Origin: an uncultured virus (IMG/VR IMGVR_UViG_3300027917_000037)
Lineage: Duplodnaviria > Heunggongvirae > Uroviricota > Caudoviricetes
Virus record (IMG/VR): IMGVR_UViG_3300027917_000037
Length of the DNA: 64,000 bases
Strand: one strand, 5' to 3'
Made by a program: the position numbers and the translations under genes. Position 1 is the stretch's first letter, and every line of letters begins with the position of its first letter. Positions 61,435 to 64,000 of this stretch are shown here, piece by piece. The notes beneath the pieces are model-generated. The model did no database searches. It saw only the letters and a list, made by a program, of their open reading frames with translations, and was not told where the DNA came from.

Positions 61435-64000
61435 TGGCAATAGTTTTTTCATCTCAGGCAAATCTTTCTGGTTCGGGAAACATTCTTGGAGATTTAGCAG
61501 ATTCTTTTGGTATTCCAGGTTTCCCAGAGCCCGATACAAGAAAAAGTGGCATAACTTCTGACATAGAATCTGTTCGTAATAAAATGAACGATATTGTTGG
61601 AAAGTTAATGGGAAAGAAAGAGTCTTTTGATCACAACTATGTTGGAAGTGGTAAAAAGGAGGTTATAGGTAGCGGTTTGGAAGGAGGTACGGCTTCACCT
61701 ATTGAAGAGGCTAATATTAGACAAGTTTACAGTCAAACACCACAACTTAGTGTTATTATAAGGAAAAGAGCATTTTCTTCTCTAAGTCACCTTTATGACG
61801 GCTCTTTAATGGATGGGGCAGAAAAGTGGCTTTTGCGAGCCACCAAACGTTTAATAGAGCGTAAGTGCTTTATTATGGCTGAATATGAGCGTCTCATGAA
61901 AGTAGAGAGAATGTTATTGGCTGGTGCAAGTACCGCATCAGTACTAGCCTCATTGATATCTTCTTCTCTCGATGACACAGACACGGGTTCGGAATGGGGT
62001 GAAAGTGAAAAGGCAAATGAGTTTACTTCAGCGGTAGCGTTGGAGCGTATTATAGAAGCCAGACAGCCTGTGACCGTATCGACATTTTTCAAAGACCCAG
62101 AAAGTGTTGGGTTGGAAGATTTGGGTGAAGGAAGTGGTGCTTTTGAAATAACTACCATTTCAGATTTAAATACAAGTTTAGATATAGATGGTAATGGATC
62201 ATGCTCGTTTACTATTGAAGACCCATATAAAATTCTTTTTGTAACCGAAGAAGATATTGAAGTTTCATTAAGGGAAACGGCGCCATCAAATCTTCAATCT
62301 GCACATAAAGGAAAACAGGTAACAACATTGTTAGAAAGCGCTCAGGTAGCAGATGATTCTCTTACTGCAAGCAGAAAGGCAAGGGGTGTTAGCCAAATTA
62401 CCTTTTCTGTTAGTATGAGTGGTTCTAGTGGTGTTAGTGCAGTTATTGATGCTTTAGGGTTTGAACTTACCACAAATAATTTTGATGATGTGCCAGAAGG
62501 ATACGAACTTAATAGTTTTGAACGAACGCTATTTGGAACTGTTATGGCGGGGCTAAAAGCCTATGATCAAATGGTAAGACTCAATATCTTAAAAGGAGTT
62601 AATGCTGCAAACAATTCACAGGAAATGGCTGAAAATATGTCGTATGCTCGTAAAAGGATGCGGTTATTTTATCTTGGAAAATCAATTATCCAACCAATGG
62701 ATTCGATAAATGTTTTTCTTGCGGGCGGCACACGCAAATCTGGTGAAGGAGAGGATGTCACAGAAGATAATGATATATTCAGTCTCGATGGCGCAATTAG
62801 TACGGCTGCTTCTGTTTTATCCCATTATAGAGAGGATGGGCAATTAGATCAGGGTCCAGACGAAGATTTGCTCAGAGAAGAGTGGGAGGAGGCGGGAAGT
62901 TTTCTTACTTTTGAAGATTTCAAAAAAGTCAGGTCTGTTCAACTCAGCACCGAAAGTAGCACCCATGTTTTCGGCGGTCTTGTAAAAACTGTAGTAGATA
63001 AATTTGATGCAAGTTCTGGAAAGTATACTATGAGTGTACAGGTTGATTCAAACATGGAATGGCTTAAAATATCTAGGTATAATAGCCAACCTTCTTTAGA
63101 TCAAACACAAGGATTGGTGTATGATCCATTTACTCCATTTACCTATGAAACTGATGCAGCCACAGGTTTACCTACAGGTGAACCAAGATTGCTACCCGAA
63201 AATGAACGCCTGTTGAATAATGACTGTCGTAAAATTTTTCACGATACTGGCGTCAAACGAGGTAGTGAAGTCAAAGGGCTGAATGACTTATTAGTGGATG
63301 TGCAACACTTGGGCGGCAACTTAAAAAAAATGTTTCATCATACTCCAGGTCTCAAATATAGATGGAAAGATGGGATTATGACTGCCATTTATGACATGTC
63401 GACCACAAATCCTTTAAATGGTAAAAGAGTGGATTATAAACAATTGCGCAGGGATGTGGGTTTATTTACCTCAAACACCCCATTTGATAACATGGATGCT
63501 GCTAATATTATTAGTGTAATGGTGACTGGCCAACCGTATAATATTAATAGTTTTATTCAAAGTGCTCTTAATAGCGGTACTTTTATTACTGACACATCTC
63601 TTAATAACAAGAAGAGTTATTTTTCAAGCCTTCTCGATATTCAAAATTCTTTTATAAGAACTCATGGTAGTTTTGCTCCTTATAAATATTTTGCTGTTGA
63701 TCCTGATGATCTTGCAAAAGCCATTTTATTACAACAAAGATTAACTGGAAAATCAAGTGAAATGCAACGACTTCAAACTCAATACGCAAAACTTGCGGAT
63801 AAGGTTGCTAATTTTTCTGGGAAGCAAAGTGCTGCAATAACAAAACTTTTGTCTGGTTTAAAACAGAAGCGTTTAGAGATTAAATCACAATTACAGCGCG
63901 CTTCTACTGAATTCTCTGAACTCACAAAAACCGGAGAATCACTTAAGGATAATGTTATTCAAATTGCTGGAAATGATATCTCCTTTGATCTTGCGGACAT
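61434..64000 (+). CDS. Large putative baseplate hub protein (runs off the window)
   Basis: TAATG coupling at 61432-61436; reads MAIVFSSQANL... and the same frame is open at the window end (...QIAGNDISFDLAD); absent from the track, consistent with no stop codon. Confidence 0.65.
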   Translation, partial: MAIVFSSQANLSGSGNILGDLADSFGIPGFPEPDTRKSGITSDIESVRNKMNDIVGKLMGKKESFDHNYVGSGKKEVIGSGLEGGTASPIEEANIRQVYSQTPQLSVIIRKRAFSSLSHLYDGSLMDGAEKWLLRATKRLIERKCFIMAEYERLMKVERMLLAGASTASVLASLISSSLDDTDTGSEWGESEKANEFTSAVALERIIEARQPVTVSTFFKDPESVGLEDLGEGSGAFEITTISDLNTSLDIDGNGSCSFTIEDPYKILFVTEEDIEVSLRETAPSNLQSAHKGKQVTTLLESAQVADDSLTASRKARGVSQITFSVSMSGSSGVSAVIDALGFELTTNNFDDVPEGYELNSFERTLFGTVMAGLKAYDQMVRLNILKGVNAANNSQEMAENMSYARKRMRLFYLGKSIIQPMDSINVFLAGGTRKSGEGEDVTEDNDIFSLDGAISTAASVLSHYREDGQLDQGPDEDLLREEWEEAGSFLTFEDFKKVRSVQLSTESSTHVFGGLVKTVVDKFDASSGKYTMSVQVDSNMEWLKISRYNSQPSLDQTQGLVYDPFTPFTYETDAATGLPTGEPRLLPENERLLNNDCRKIFHDTGVKRGSEVKGLNDLLVDVQHLGGNLKKMFHHTPGLKYRWKDGIMTAIYDMSTTNPLNGKRVDYKQLRRDVGLFTSNTPFDNMDAANIISVMVTGQPYNINSFIQSALNSGTFITDTSLNNKKSYFSSLLDIQNSFIRTHGSFAPYKYFAVDPDDLAKAILLQQRLTGKSSEMQRLQTQYAKLADKVANFSGKQSAAITKLLSGLKQKRLEIKSQLQRASTEFSELTKTGESLKDNVIQIAGNDISFDLAD

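Noticed and set aside
2002..62158. Numerous minus-strand and alternate-frame ORFs in the track (e.g. 13215-13856, 8373-8891, 9277-9474, 57231-57710)
   Set aside because: They are shadows of long + strand genes with no RBS or recognisable motifs; only 52804-53295 has RBS, promoter and domain support.
53509..64000. Sheath + two tubes + AAA ATPase as an extracellular contractile injection system or tailocin
   Set aside because: A complete head module is present, and the ATPase is ARC/Mpa-like and ~20 kb away.
1..64000. Alternative genetic code (stop-codon reassignment seen in some large phages)
   Set aside because: Genes tile densely under code 11, and TAA, TAG and TGA all end genes directly before the next RBS or start.
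1..64000. tRNA, rRNA or other structured ncRNA genes
   Set aside because: Intergenic gaps are short and explained by promoters and terminators; I recognised no cloverleaf. A covariance-model scan was not possible.

Overview
The window is the virion-morphogenesis region of a large, AT-rich tailed bacteriophage with a contractile tail (myovirus type). It uses the standard genetic code and bacterial AGGAG ribosome-binding sites, and nearly all genes are on the + strand. The head region runs: putative internal-head/ejection proteins (1-18 kb, including a LigD 3'-phosphoesterase domain and a zincin/Tyr-phosphatase fusion), a 1313-aa prohead protease-scaffold, two decoration-like proteins and an HK97-type major capsid protein (19.1-20.2 kb). 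Next come an inserted endonuclease-methyltransferase fusion, small genes (cold-shock protein, HNH), a fibre/appendage cluster, and a patatin + metallophosphoesterase + ARC/Mpa-like ATPase trio. The tail region has neck proteins (one with a LAGLIDADG intein), two giant beta-helix spikes, tail completion, sheath, two tubes, frameshifted tail chaperones, tape measure and baseplate genes. I did not recognise a terminase or portal gene in the window. Four patterns span many genes. (1) A D-G-Y tripeptide is strongly enriched, and only in predicted outer-surface virion proteins. (2) A ~25-aa helical-hairpin motif recurs in seven head-region proteins together with K-x-A motifs, suggesting a capsid-loading tag plus a protease release site. 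(3) A fixed-spacing promoter CTAYYAATAA-N5-TATAAT occurs 8 times. (4) There are two candidate -1 frameshift sites, one with a clean H-type pseudoknot. All functional calls come from motif recognition by eye; no searches were run.
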